DNA of 64,000 bases from contig OZ024747.1 in the NCBI GenBank assembly GCA_964016885.1, positions 48,422,001 through 48,486,000 of the forward strand, read 5' to 3'. This DNA comes from Eledone cirrhosa (lineage: Eukaryota). Below the pieces are notes generated by a model, which saw only the letters and a program-made list of their open reading frames with translations, was not told where the DNA came from and did not search any database. The position numbers were made by a program, and so were the translations under genes. The number at the start of each line of letters is the position of its first letter. The stretch's first letter is position 1. Shown piece after piece: positions 40,410-54,769 of this stretch.

Positions 40410-43225
40410 GTAGTTATTAGATGCAAAATCTTTGGAATGTTTTACATATTTTACTGTTCCATTAATGGATTGTACTTGTAATTTCCTAACTAGTTGTTCT
40501 TTCTGTTCCTGTGAAGCCTAGTTTCTCAAGATTTGTATTGAGGCAGTTACTAACATATCTCAGTGCCCCAATAATCACAGGCATAAATCTGAAGGTGTAA
40601 TCAGGGTGGAGTATCTGCCGATTTCTCATCAGTTCTGCATAAATATTCTCCTTTTCGCTAATCTTTGATATTATATTGGCATCTGCTGGGCAGCTAATTT
40701 CCACTACTGTGCATTATTTCTTCTCCCTATCCCATAAGATAATATCTGGTCTGTTATCCCTACATTTTATTGGGATTTTTACTGGAACATTCCACCAGTA
40801 CTCTTTCATATTATGTACATGGATGTCTTCCACATTGCTGTAGCTTTTAATGTGTTTATTATCGGGGCTATCTTTTCTACGGATTGCATTGTACAGTGTT
40901 TTGGCCACTACATCATGCCCCATAGGTAGATAGTACCGCGATGACATCTTTGGACAGCTGCTTATGACATGCGTGACATCTTCGATGTTAATTCCACAGA
41001 GTCTGCACTTGTTATCACATCTAGGTGTTTTGCCTGCATCCCTATCTCTTTTGTGAATCAGGTATTTTGCGTTGATTTCCTGTTCTTGGATTGCAAAAGC
41101 GTATCCTTCAAAGTGGGAGCCAATATAGTGGTTGTTGGTCCTAAATAGACTACTTTCCTTATCTATATTACTCTAACTCTGGAGCTTCCTGGCAACATAT
41201 CCATGCATGATCTTTTGCTGATAAGCATACAGTTTTTCTTCCATGGATTCACTCCGATACTGCTGAGCGACTTCCCTGGGTGTGAGTTTTTGATTATCAC
41301 ACAGGGAATATCTTTCGAGGAGTTCCTTCCCAACTCTCATGATCCTATCTGTTTCATGCAGATAGACTTGCTAGAGAGATGGTCTCCTACGCTTTGAGGT
41401 TCGTAGATGTTGTCGGAGGGATATGATGCGACATTTAAATGCTGTCTGGACTAATGTTAGGCCTCTGCCTCCCTGCTTACGTTTCAAGTAAAGGCGGTCT
41501 ATGTCACTGTTGATGTGGAAGTTTCCAGTGTTGTTTAGTATTTTTCGAGTTCTAACATCAATTACTCGGATTTCGTCTAATTGAGTATTCCAAACGTTGG
41601 TGTTAGGATAGACACAGCGAATACATTGTGAGCCACTGTTTTGTTTGCGCAGAGAGTTCCGATGACCATCTCTTTCTTAATCGGGTGTAGTATTGGTGTA
41701 GTATTCCCTGGTTACGCGTTCCTTACTACAGATACCATTATATGATATGTTCTCATCTATCCCCATGTATCTGTAGCAGTCCTCATCAGATATCAGTGAA
41801 ACAGTTAGGCCATTGATGACAATGTTGCTAGATTGGGTTGTTGTTTTTCCACGCTTTACAGTCACTTATCTTGGCTAAACTACATTCCAATATCCTTTGA
41901 GAACGTTGTAACCAGGCCAAGATTTTTCTTCATCCCATCCATGTTCTTGGCATAGAGTTTCAGATCATCCACAAAGAAATTATGGGTTAGGTTCGTATTT
42001 TGGTCCACCTATGAACCAATGATGTATCCTTCACATTTCTTGAGCAGAAAGGACAAGGGGTTTAATGACAGGATAAATATCACAGAGACTGTCGCCCTGA
42101 AATATACCCTTGCAATATTTTATTTTATCAGTGAAAATAGAGTCCTCCTTCTCTGTCTTTAACTTTAGGATAGTAGCCCAAGAAGAAGACAGCTTCTCTA
42201 TGGCTCTGATAATAATGTCTGGGACTTTAGCAAGTTGGAGGGCCTCTATCATCCAAGAGTGGGGAACAGAATCGAAAGCTTTCCTGTAGTCCAGCCAGAC
42301 TGTAGCCATATTCCTCCTAAGTTGTCGCACCTCCGACATCGCAGTTTTGTTGATTAGGAGTTGTTCACCACAACCCCAAACCCCTTTCTTTCCAGCTGGT
42401 TGTTCATCTGTGATTATGTTATTTTCACAGTGATTTTGGAGAAATAGGTTCAGACAGGCTGTATACATCTTATACATCAGGTTCTGGTATGCAATGGGTC
42501 GATAGTTTTTTGCCAAGTGGGTGTCTTATTATTTTGACCCTCATATCTCTAAAGACTGATGTTTGGTTTCGTCTGAATCTTTAATGAAGCACTTTTCTTT
42601 CATGTACCTTCTTCAGGCACCAACGTTTTTCGCTAACAGTTCTCAATTCTTGTTTGAGGGTGATCAGCTTATATTGAAGAGTTCTGGTTCTACTGTTACC
42701 AAACTTCGTCTCTATTTTATTTTTCACTCTTTGTTGGTGAAGAGTGAAGTTTTTTTTTGTGTTTGTTTGCATGTAAGGAGCATTGTCACATATCCTATAT
42801 TTTTTCGTAGGTCAGCAATCTTTTTTTCTATTTTAGTTATATATGATGGTATTTTTGGTGGTGTTTTGTTCTAGTTAATATCTCTGCTATCACCAAGATA
42901 ATGCTTCACTGTCGTTGCTAAGGCATATAAACAGGCGTTGATTTGCCAAAATATTTTTATCCGTCGTAAATATTCATCCCCTCTTTCGTCAATAAAACGT
43001 ACTATTTCATTATTTGTTTTTTTTATTATTAAATATTGTCGTTTTAATAAGTTCAGCAAGAGAAATGTTTATACATGAATTAATTTCTCTCTGGAAGATT
43101 TCGTTGAGGGAAATTTTCAATTGTTTATACATTTGATTATTATCATTATCGATAGTATTTTCCACAACAGTCGAGGTAGACTCGGATGGTACACGTGGTG
43201 TCAAATTCAAATTTCTTCGATTATT
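40410..43225 (-). mobile_element. R4/Dong-like RLE LINE, decayed
   Basis: NYRPI..NLMYK, WLDYRKAFDSVPHSW, GIFQGDSL, HNFFVDDLKLY, NRPDIILWD, EISCPAD, VIIGAL. Confidence 0.88.
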
Positions 43226-43830
43226 ATTATGGTAAGGAGGGTGATTTTGGACACCCTGCAGGACAAAAAACAAAACCTGACAAAGGGCGGAAGAACTCAT
43301 AAGAGCCAACGGCCATCCAAAAGTGTGTAAATATGTATATACATATGTACATATGTATGTATATGTATATGTGTATATACATGTGTGTATGCGTTGGGAC
43401 ATAGAAATAGTCGGGCTGGACACCCGATCGCGCAGTTAAACCACTGGGAGTGAAGGACCCCTAGCCTTTGTCAGGGCATTCTTCTAGGAGAAGGTAACTC
43501 AGGAAACTGGGATAACTCCGATATAAAACCTGCAGTTTTAATAGAGTGGCAGAGCAACAGGATGCAACAGGGATGCAGGTGTGGCTTTTGCAGTGAAAAC
43601 GTCTTTGATATCGACGCTTGACCAGTTTCCGATGATGTTGATCTTTCTTCTTTTCGGGTTATAGCTACTGTCGCTCAGAGAGTGGGATTGGCTCAGTGCA
43701 CAGTCTTTCCTCACTTTAAAAAATATCTTCACGCACAAGCATTGCACGATAGAATTAATTAATAATTATTAATAATGGTATATCGTGCAATGGCCATACT
43801 CGATAACGAGGGGGCAGCCATCATCATGTA
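43226..43830 (+). mobile_element. Older copy of the bipartite RTE-related element
   Basis: 5' part matches 37625-37800; 43540-43630 matches RTE endonuclease DNA at 44615-44703; 3' end matches 38100-38140; (ATGT)n tail. Confidence 0.6.
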
Positions 43831-44289
43831 TGTACGTATGTGCGTATGTATGCATGTATGTGTGTGTGCATCTATGTATGTGCGTGTGGGTGTATGTGTG
43901 CGTGTGTGTTTATCGTTTTCTAAATTATACTATTTTCTTCTCGTTTACCAGAACAGTATTTTAACCCATGTCATCCGAACCCCGAGAAGCAATCGAAGTG
44001 GAGCTACCCAGAGAACTTGTCACGTACATGTATGTGTGGTAAGTCATTTTAACACCACCCCGCCAACTCTCCCACTGTTTCCATAGTAAAAATCTCGATA
44101 TATATGTGCATATATATACGTATATATATATATCTATATATATATATTGTGTGTGTGTGCGTGTGTGTATGTGCGGGTGTGGGTGTGTTTGTGTGTGTGA
44201 GTGTGTATGTGAGTGTGTGTGTATACGCTTGATCGATTCGAAAAAATAATTTGTGGATGGCTAAAAGAGGAAAAAATATTCAATGATGA

Positions 44290-45100
44290 ACCATGATAAT
44301 GTACGAATTATTGGCGATGGGGGCTCTGGAACTGATGGTGAAAGGGTCTGACACGGCAGGTGTCCCATGGCACCGTAGTATGGGCCCGGTCGTCATATTG
44401 CCAGACGAAGAAGTTGAAACCTATGAATATTGGTTGCTGGAACATCCGGGCCGGGGCTTATTAGATTTGGAATCTTCAGAATCATGACCAGAAAGAAGAT
44501 TAGCTCTTGTTGCCAAAGAACTGGGACGATGCACTATGGACATTGTTGCCTTATCTGAAACAAGGCTAGTCCAAGAAGGTTATATCACTGAGATGTCCAG
44601 TGGCTACACGTTTTAATAGAGTGGCAGAGCAGCAGGATGCAACAGGGAAGCAGGTGTGGCTTTTGCAGGTATGGCTTTTGGTGTCGACGCTTGACCAGTT
44701 TCCAAGTGACATCAGTGATCGTCTCATGTCAATGAGAATTCCTATGATGTACAATCGCTATCTTACCATTATCAGTGTATATGAAGACAAGAAACTCGCC
44801 TTTTACATGTCTCTGAAGGAACTTGTCAAAAAGATTCCTTCAGCAGACAAAATTGTCGCACTTATGAAACTGGGGATGTGATCGGCAGATATGGCATAGA
44901 GAAATGTAACAGCAATGGTCTCCTCTTGCTACAGATGTGTGTGGAGTTAGATTTGTTCATTGCAAGCACGATGTTCCAGCAAAAGGCTAAGTTCAAGACA
45001 ACATGGATGCACCCTGGGTCGAAAGTGTGTCATCTGATCGACTATCTTCTTGTGAAGAAACATAACATGCAGAGTGGCGCAGAGTGCTGGACAGACCAGT
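44290..45100 (+). pseudogene. RTE (BovB-like) LINE AP-endonuclease fragment
   Basis: MNIGCWNIR, PERRLALVAKEL..DIVALSETR, GVAFA, NSNGLLLL..TTWMHPGSK..HLIDY. Confidence 0.82.
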
Positions 45101-45159
45101 TTTTATTTATTTATGTATTTATTTGTTTATTTATTAATTTTCGTCTACAACGTGATGGT

Positions 45160-47987
45160 GTTTAAATGTCGAACCTAAACAGTTCGAATAACGGTGAAAA
45201 GGAGACTGGAACGTCATGTGAAAGACTCTCACCCAGCAAGTGCTCCCTTGCCCAGCAGCAGGAACCTGGCTGTCATCCAAATACTGCTGGTGCTGGAGGA
45301 AGAAGAAGGAATTGGGACAAGAACCAACAGGATGAAAGAATTGAATAGAACTGTCATGAAATGTTACCTGAAGAGTAACCCCATGGAAAAAGGCTATAGA
45401 AAACGGATGCATAACATCTGGAACGAGATTGGTCTATTTAAATTAGGTGAACAAAAATTGGCCGGACAGGCTCAGGTAATAAGAACTAATGGATGGATAA
45501 GCGAGTTGGAACTGGGTGAACTGAGCAGAGAGATTAAGTTGGAAATAGAGAGTGGAGTATATCAGGCAAATGAGCCAGTGGGAAATGAAGGTGAAGAAGT
45601 TGAAAGACCCGAGGAAGCATCCGAAGCAGACAATGATCTGAATGCTGAAATAAATAACATCTGGAACAAAGATACGGTCATTGAGGAGATGAATGCTGAC
45701 GGCTAGCGCAAGTTTTGGTTGATATCCTGAACTTAGTGGTAGATGAAATGAACAATGATAGTAAAAAACCTATGAACCTAAGATTTGTAGACAAGAAAAA
45801 GTTAAAAGAAACAACAGCTAAGGTAAACAAAGTCATCCCATACCCTGAGGCGAGGAACCTTCACCAATGCAACAATATCCTCACAGCAACCGGAAATTTG
45901 GTGAGGAAATTACTTGCATAAAAACGAGAGGAAGCAACAAACAAGAAAGATCAGAACCTTGGTGGAAGAAACAACTGAATGGTCAAATCAAGGAAATGAG
46001 AAAAGACATTGGAAAGCTTGAGTCTTTACTGAATGGGGCATTACAAAACATAGACACTAAGGATAGATTGAAAATAAAAACTAAGGGAAAAGAGCTAAAT
46101 GTTATCATAGAGGAACTGAAGCAACGCATAGTAGCAAAAAGGGCAAAGATTAGGCGGTATGAGAACAGAGTTAGTCAGTATAGACAGAACCGCATGTTTG
46201 GCAACAACCAGAAGATGTTGTTTGAACAGATTGAAGGGAAAGAAAGAGGCAACGACGTGATCCCTGAGGCGGAACAAACTAAGACATTCTGGAGAGGAAT
46301 ATGGGAGCAGGATGTTGAACATAATGATCAGGCAGTGTGGATTGAGACAGTACAAAAGGAGATTAGTGAACAAGCACACCGGCAACCTGATTTGAGTATC
46401 ACGGTTGAAACTCTTAAAGAGCAGGCCAAAAAACTAACCAACTGGAAATCACCAGGCCCAGATGGTGTGCAAGGGTATTGGATTAAAAATAACATCCCTC
46501 CACCCGAAACTGACAACCATGTTCAATAACTGCTCGATGTCGGGTGAAGTACCAGAGTGGTTGACAAAAGGTACTACAGTTCTGTTAATGAAAAACAGAA
46601 TCAAGGGTAATGATGTTACCAACTATAGACCTATCACATGTCTGTCCGTAATGTGGAAACTGTTAACTGTCTGAGGAAATCTACTATCCCCTCCACATAA
46701 ACAACTTGTTACCGGACGAACAGAAAGGATGCCGAAAGAAGTTTCGTGGTACAAAAGAGCAGTTACTTATTGATAAGATGGTAATGAGGAATTACAAGAG
46801 GAGGCACACTGGTCTTGTCACGGGATGGATAGATTACAAAAAGGCATTCGACATGGTACCGCATTCTTGGATAACCAAAAGCCTAGAGATCTTCAAGGTG
46901 GCAGATAACATCAGACAGCTATTAAGCAAACGTATGAAGTCCTGGGAAACAGAGTTAATATCAGGTGGAGAATCCTTGGGAGGCTTGAAGATCAAGAGAG
47001 GTATCTTCCAGGGAGATAGTTTGTCCCTTTTGTTGTTTGTCCTTACTCTGATACCTCTGTCCCTCATATTGCGAAAAGTGAAAGCAGGGTACAAGTTGGG
47101 AAGATCTTCATGGACGATCTTAAACTCTTTTGGAAGAGTGAGAAGGAGTTGGATGTACTTGTTAACACTGTCCGTATTTTCAGCAATGACATATGTATGG
47201 AATTTGGTGTTAATAAGTGTGGAGATCTAGTGATGAAGAGGGGTAAATCGAGCAGAAGCAACAGAATCCAGGTACCAACCGGTGAGATGATAAAGGAAAT
47301 TGACACTGAAGAGGGATACAAATATTTATGTGTTCTGGAGGCAGATGACATCAAGAACCAAAAAAAAAATGAAGGAATTGATAAGATCTGAATACATAAG
47401 GAGAGTAAGGAACATATTAAAATCACATCTAAATAGTAGGAATGTCATAAGTGCTTTAAATTCCCGAGCTGTGTCTATTATTAGGTAGAGTGCGGGAATT
47501 CTGAAATGGAATGTTGCTGAACAAAAAGAAATGGATAGGAAGACTAGGAAGCTAATGACTATCTACAACATGTTCCACAAGTGGAGTGATGTTGATAGAC
47601 GCTACTTAAAGAGATCTGAAGGTGGAAGAGGTCTTATCAGCATAGAGAACTCTGTTCAGATGGAGAAAAACAACCTGCACAAATATGTGGCCGACAGTAG
47701 GGAACCAATGCTCAAAATTGTACTGAAGGAGAAGACAATAGACCAGGGGATGTCCAAGGAAAAAATAACAACAAGGAGGAAGAGCAACCTTCATGAAAAA
47801 TCCCTTCATAGCACCTTCTTTGAGAAAACTGAATTTAGAGATCCACAGACATGGAACTGGTTGAAAAGAGGAGACCTTAAAAAAGCTACAGAAGGATGCT
47901 AATGGCTGCGCAAGAGCAAGCCTTCAGAACGAAGTGGGTGAAACACCATATTGACTAGGAGGAGGCTAGCTCACTGTGTAGGATCAT

Positions 47988-48070
<83 letters not shown>

Positions 48071-48691
48071 GAGACTGTGTGTGACTCACATTGTATCCGA
48101 GTGTAAACACTTATCCCAGACTCACTGGAGACTTGATGTGATAGACAGGGTGATCCACTGGCACCTATGCAAAGTAAACAATTTACCACATTCTGAGAAG
48201 TGGTATGAGCATAAGCCAGGGTCGGTGATAGAAAACGATCAGGTGAAGATGCTGTGGAATTTTAGGATACAGACGGACAAGAAATTAGAACATAATAGGC
48301 CTGACCTGGTGGTTTTGGACAAGGAAAAAAGATCGTGCTTCATTGCAGATGTAGCCTGCCCATTTGACACGAGAGTGCAAGAAAAGGAGAGGGAGAAAAT
48401 TAACCGATACCAGGATTTAAAGTGGGATTTAAAAAGGATTTGGAATTGCCATGAGATCAAGGTCGTCCCGATTGTGATAGGTGCACTAGGTACTATCTCA
48501 AAGAGTTTCCAAGGATGGTTAAAGAAGATTAGTCCAGCCCCGCTTTTTGGAACACTTCAAAAGGCATGCTTGCTGGGAACAGCAAGAACCTTCCGAAACG
48601 TCCTGAATGTCTGAGGCTGCAGGTAGTGGCTTGATATTTATTTCAACAAACCTTCCAGTTAAATAACATCAATGATTGAGACTCAAAGAAC

Positions 48692-48727
<36 letters not shown>
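45160..48727 (+). mobile_element. Near full-length R4/Dong-like RLE LINE with (AAT)n tail, frameshifted
   Basis: GYRKRMHNIW, NWKSPGPDG, NYRPITCL, EQKGC, WIDYKKAFDMVPHSW, GIFQGDSLS, MDDLKL, YKYL, HNRPDLVV..DVACPFD, PIVIGALG, LQKACLLGTAR; (aat)n at 48692-48727. Confidence 0.92.
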
Positions 48728-49469
48728 TATTATTATTATTATCATTTTGTGTGTGTGTGATTGCAGACACCTGACCATTTTTGCAGACCTCACCAATGAG
48801 TTCTGCAAAAATGGTCAGGTCTTCACTGTATTTCTTCACACGTATGTATGACCCTTAAATTAGACCTTCCCTCATTACTAAATTTAACACAGCCACTAGA
48901 TGAACACATGTCTAATAATTTGACGTCTTATACCCTGGTATTCCTAGCTTGGCTATTAAATATGATAATCATACTTTTCTTTTCTTCTATCTTTATCTTA
49001 ACCTTATTTTATTATATATTATAATCTATTTTTGCTCCGTCTGTCACAATACACATTACTTCCTCTAATTCTTAATGATTTCTCTCATATCAACTCTTTT
49101 GAGTAATATTGCACACTATTTCTTTTCACACCTATATTTATTTTTTATTATACCGTAATGAATAATAGTAACACTTATCATCCTTTCTTAAATATCTCCT
49201 TAGTATATCAACACTAACTTCCGTTAAGAAACAGTTTTAGAGTCTTTTTATCAAATAGTCTCCCTTTCATCATACATGCCCCTTGTTATTTACACCTACT
49301 TACTTCCTATTTTATATTTCCTCCAATATTTAAATGTTTAACTTCTTTGATATTAGAATGTATTTTAATTCTGTTTTGGTCCTTCAAATGATAAGTGGTA
49401 CGGGTTGCTTTTCATGCTTATTGTAGTCCCCTCCATTATGTATTTTTGAATTTTATGTTTATTTTCTTT

Positions 49470-49598
49470 TTGGTTCTGAAGATGAGGTCAGTTTTGCGTT
49501 CAGTTTTATTATCATTTGTCCTTATCGATTATATAATCGATAATTTTTATGTTTATAAACTGAATTTTGATCTGATTTCTGAAATAATTGTAAACCAA
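49470..49598 (+). ncRNA. Type I hammerhead ribozyme with long stem II
   Basis: ttggtt-CTGAAGA-[~98-nt hairpin aggtcag..ttcagttt...aaactgaa..ctgattt]-GAAA-taattg-TA-aaccaa, overlapping AATAAA; (TA)n about 35 nt downstream. Confidence 0.7.
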
Positions 49599-49630
49599 TA
49601 AATATATGTTCGGTACTGCCTTCTCTAACA

Positions 49631-49664
<34 letters not shown>

Positions 49665-49669
49665 CTATG

Positions 49670-49990
49670 GAATAACGGCAATCCAGTACTGGCTAGACAC
49701 TCACCAATCTGAAATACCAACAAAAACTTTATATTGAAGGACTCCGATTACAGAATAATTTTTTAACTTCCGCTGATTCAACATATCGACAAATCTCAGG
49801 TACTGCAATGGGCACAAAGGTAGCCCCCACATACGCCAACTTAGTCATGGGATTCCACGAACAACAAATCTACAACCAATCCCTTCTGTTATTCGGAGAC
49901 TCTTTCCTTACAAATCTCAAACATAATTGGAACAGTTGCCTAGACGATTGCTTTATACAATGGCAGGAAGACAGGAATACACACTCTTTT
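49670..49990 (+). pseudogene. Penelope-like RT fragment (Neptune/Poseidon type)
   Basis: NNFLTF.DSTYRQISGTAMGTKVAPTYANLVMG..EQ..WNSCLDDCFIQW. Confidence 0.8.
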
Positions 49991-49999
49991 CAAAAATAT

Positions 50000-51257
50000 G
50001 ATAAACAACAGTACGAGACCGGGGTCAAGGGTGCTGCCAGGGTGGAGAAACCGGTAGGCACCTCACCAGTGAGAAAGCGGGGAGGCAGGCAAAGAACCAC
50101 GATCCACGAACCCTGTGCTCGCCCCGGTAGTGATATTGCGGCTAGTAGGGGCCGCTAATAGAAAGCCAAGCCCTGGATTGCACCCACTCTGTGGTGCCCT
50201 GCTTTGGCCAGGGCCTCATTGTACCTAACAGCGTGCTTCCCGAAGATATGGGCGTTGGCAGAGAGAGCGGAATTTCTAACAGAGACACCTTTGACTATGG
50301 ACCTAAGGATCTATTTGAGATGGTTCGAATGTTGATGAACATATCTCAGGCACTCATTGGGTTTGTTGTGGGGCCTATGCAATCCCGTGTCGAGTTTCAG
50401 GGTCGTGTCTAGAAAATCCACTGTCCTCGAAACAGGATCTTTGGTGTGCCCCAGCCCGTAGTTCTGGAAAAACCGCCTAACTGTTATCTAAGCCGCTCCA
50501 GATTCCCTGCGTATTTGCTGTGGACCGTGAAAAGAGCGTCATCCCTATAGAGTCTGCCCCCTACCCCAAGGAACTCCCACCGTATGTTATGAAGCAGGAA
50601 GATTGCGCGGAATCACTTGACCCCATCGTTATGTCGAAGCAGTCAGGTCTGTCCTTTCTTTCCCCGATATGGCCGTCAAATTCTATGAGCATTTTACCTG
50701 CGAGTGTAATTAGATCAATTTGCCTCTTGGTAAGGCTGGACTCCTGAAGAGCGAGGTGGAGGGCCTGGTTCATAAGCACCGGGAAATGGAGGCATAGTAG
50801 TTTGACATGTCAAACTGCACAAAGCTTATCTCTCGCTTATCGCTCATATTATTAAACCAGTTGATTAAGTCCATAGTACAAGTGTTGACGCTGATTTTGC
50901 TTTTCAACTCTGGGATTATTTCGTCCAAAATGTACTTACTTACTTACTGGCTCTACCTAAGTCTGAACTAGAGGGAGCTATTAGCTTAACGGGGAGTTGG
51001 GAGGCTAAGTCAGGTTTATGGTTCTTAATTAGGAGACAGGGTGTCCTCGGTCCATAAGGTTCGGTCCTGTCATAAATACCTAGCTCAGTCATGATAACCC
51101 CGGCGGCCTGATTGATCTGGTCCAGGCGGTTCCAATGTGCGATCTTGTAGTGCTTGCGCACCTCCTTACTCAGACACTGGTGGTAGGTATGAGCGTCCAA
51201 AGAGTAAAAGTTACCCGTCTTACCGGCTGGCACAATTATTCCAGGGGACGTACGCAT
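50000..51257 (-). pseudogene. Naiad-type Penelope-like RT fragment
   Basis: VPAGKTGNFY, LIKNHKPD..KLIAPSSSDLG..SK, FDITMGSSDSAQ, LYRDD, FLDTT, YVHQHSNH, YNEALAKAG. Confidence 0.8.
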
Positions 51258-51267
51258 ATATATATTA

Positions 51268-51470
51268 AATAGGCGGCGAATTGCCAGAGTAATTGAGAAG
51301 TCGGCTAGAATGCTTTACGGTATTCGCCCCATCTCATTCCGCGCACTGAGTTCAAATCCCATCGTGGTCAACTTTGCCTTTCATCCTTTCGATGTCGATA
51401 AAAAAAAGTACCAGTCTAGTACTGGGATCGATTCTTCCTCTATAGAAAAAATCGGCTCTGTTCAGACCTG
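51268..51470 (+). mobile_element. tRNA-derived SINE
   Basis: ggcggcgaattgccagag..GAGTTCAAATCC..tttgcctttcatcctttcgatgtcgataaaa..taccagt. Confidence 0.8.
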
Positions 51471-52194
51471 GAGAGGGTTAACAGTGCCCTTCACACGCCG
51501 TATGGCAGTGCCTCTACAATTCAACAAGGAGTTATGGGATCTTTATCCTTATATATATTCAATATATTACCAACACTGTTAATTATATCATAATTTAACT
51601 TTTCTCCTACATCTTTATCTGTCTCTGTCTGTCTGTCTGTTTCTCTCTCTCTCCCTGTATACACACACACACACATATATATACATATATATATATATAT
51701 TATGTATATATATATTTGGGTCATAGGCACCACCTTGGCCTCACTGAGTAAATAGGTAAAAAGCAACAACGCCGAAAATTTCCAGCGTTTAAATTCGTTT
51801 AACTAAGATGACTTGCATTTAATTCTTTTATCTAGCAAACGGAAGTTCAAGGAAGATGTGTCCGGTTTGGGAACAGAAGGAGCGGAGTTCCAGCCTGCTC
51901 GGCTGGCCAGTATTTAGACATTCAGTCTGATCAGTGCCAGGGATCATAAGAATTCCACATGGAAATATAAAACAAACAAACAAAAGAAATAAGAAGAAAT
52001 AAGAAGGAAAAAAAAGATGAAACAATGAAAGAGAAAGTAAAAGACAGGAAGGAAGAAAAACTGAAGTGAAAGTGACTTTTGTTTCGATAAGAAATGTTTT
52101 GATTAGGACCTAGATATTTACAATCGCAATCCACACACACACACACACAAACACACATATATAAATATATACACGCACACACACACAAACACAC

Positions 52195-52227
<33 letters not shown>

Positions 52228-53194
52228 TGTATGTATGTATGTATGTATGTATGCATGTATGTATGTCTCTCTCTCTATGAAAGTATATATATATATATAT
52301 ATATATAGTCTTCTCATCTGATGAAGCTGAGCTAGCACACCCTTTGCTGAAACACGGTGAAGTGAACATGTTGCAAGAATATGAATAAATATACTTTTTC
52401 AATATCCTATTATAAATGGGCAACTAAGACCACTAGATCGGGACCATTATATATGTGTGTGTGGGGTGTGTGAGGTGGGGGTGGGGAGAGTGTGTGCGTA
52501 AAGTGTTCATACCTAAAAGACACATGAGATCAAATATAAAGGAGTGTTATCAATACATACTAATTAATCTGTAGTGTTTATGTGTTTTATTCGTAGAACT
52601 GCGCTACTCCCAGAATTAGGACATCTTGTTCATTCCTTAGCCGATTATCCTTATCATAAAATAATAAATAAATAATATTTTCTAAATCTTGAATATTTTA
52701 GAAGTTACAGGGTTAACTTAAACCCGAATAATTAACTCTAACTTTAATTAGGAAATAAAACAAAATATATATTTTTACAATGTCTACTGAGCCGTGGAAG
52801 AATTAACTATATAAAAAATGAGTGTTTAGATATGTTTGGGAGCTTAATTGGTGAACATTAACTGAAAAGACTATGTATAATTTTTAATTGATATTTCATA
52901 TTAACATCTAGATGTGCATAGTGCTTCTACAAGTAGTAGTCATAAAATATATTACACACAAATGTAAAAGTAGACATTAAATCTTTACTAGTAAATGGCA
53001 GTTTTTACTATTTACAGCAATCTATAAATTAAACTTCTAAATTGATTCCGCATGCTAATACATATTAAAAATGCTTTGTGTACCGTCTTTCACTTAGTTC
53101 TTCATAAAGAATGTTCGACTGCAACTTTTCAGGCTTAGTTATGAATTACTATTATGCGTAGTCACACACACTGATTTAATATCGCGCGCGCACG

Positions 53195-53264
<70 letters not shown>

Positions 53265-53463
53265 TGCATGCATATGAGATCATGACACTGGTTAGGCGAA
53301 ATCGCATGGCCACTGTTGTCATTGAAATATGTAACAGCTTTATCAATAAAGGACATTAATATCTGAAACAACTTCGCATTTTTTTATTCTAAATATACTG
53401 CGTCATTCCTATGTGGAAAAGGTAAGTAGAGTGACTTGAATTGAATTGCATCGATGTTAACTG

Positions 53464-53528
<65 letters not shown>

Positions 53529-53571
53529 GAAAGCGAAGTAGTTTCAGATGTTCAAGTCCTTTAATAATAAT

Positions 53572-53650
53572 GCTGTGATATATATTTCAGTGACGACACT
53601 GGCCACACTGTTCTGTGTGCGAATGGAATGTTGTGTCATCATCAGACAGC
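53572..53650 (-). ncRNA. Type I hammerhead ribozyme (family F, inverted arm)
   Basis: gctgt-CTGATGA-[long stem II]-GAAA-tatata-TC-acagc. Confidence 0.72.
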
Positions 53651-53918
53651 TTGTTACATAATAAGGTTATGTTTCCGAGGCAATCCAAATTGGATCGACA
53701 AGGGAACGGATGAATTGCGTGTTTTGGGGTTTTTCATCCGCTCCCTTGTGAGTACCAGTTCACCCCCACCGGCCTTCGGACATGCGCTTGCGCAGGCCGG
53801 TGGGGGTGAACTGGTACTCTCAAGGGAGCGGATGAAAAACCCCAAAACACGCAATTCATCCGTTCCCTTGTCGATCCAATTTGGATTGCCTCGGAAACAT
53901 AACCTTATTATGTAACAA

Positions 53919-53992
53919 GCTGTCTGATGATGACACGACACTCGCACACAGAACAGTGTGGCCAGTGTCGTCACTGAAATATATATCACAAC
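53919..53992 (+). ncRNA. Type I hammerhead ribozyme (family F)
   Basis: gctgt-CTGATGA-tg..acgacact..agtgtcgt..ct-GAAA-tatata-TC-acaac. Confidence 0.7.
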
Positions 53993-54115
53993 ATTATTAT
54001 TAAAGGACTTGAACATCTGAAACTACTTCGCTTTTCCTTATTCGATATTTACTTCGTCACTCCTATGTGGAAAAAGTACGTTGAGTGCTTGAATTGAATT
54101 GCATCAATGTTTACC

Positions 54116-54186
<71 letters not shown>

Positions 54187-54769
54187 TAACTAAAGATTTT
54201 TTTCTTAACTTGTTTACTTTTTCCATATTTGATATTATCAGGATCTGAATCTGTTAATTTTATTAACTCTTTCATAGAACCAAACTCAGTTTAAGTTGGA
54301 CACTCTGTATTTATGTATGTATCTATACTTGTATCTATACTCGTGTAGAGATATGTATACTTCTTCGTTTAATATATAATACACTCCCTTATGGTAGAGT
54401 GAAAATTTGGCGGAATCGAACTACTTTCTAGTTGCACGTTGCCTGCCAGCGTCCACTTTACGACCTTGTTGCTGGACACTTGTCACGTGACAGTCATTTC
54501 ATTCGAAATTTTCACTGACAGCGAACGGCTGGAAATTCTTGTCTTGAATTTTACTTCTGGACAGAGAAAGTCTTCTGGTAATTTGGGATTTCTCGCGATA
54601 CTCTACTCAGAGTTTCATTATTTTCCCAATGTAACTGCAGTAGGGACATGAAAAGTAAAGATTTTTTTTCTTCAGTAAAGAGTTTTTTCCTCAGCCGAAA
54701 TAGACTCAACAATTGATCTCCACATGTGTCTGTCATTCATTGCCGCTGCAAAATCCTAGATTTCAATAC

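Larger units (their letters stand above)
53524..54118 (+). mobile_element. Family F fold-back element: ~250-bp inverted repeats plus ~78-bp tail
   Basis: 53524-53777 is the reverse complement of 53795-54040; between (TA)n tracts; an older related 3' end lies at 53290-53468. Confidence 0.85.

Noticed and set aside
52312-52378. CTGATGA-agc..gct-GAAA motif
   Set aside because: Helix III and stem I pair poorly; at best a decayed HHR, so not listed as a feature
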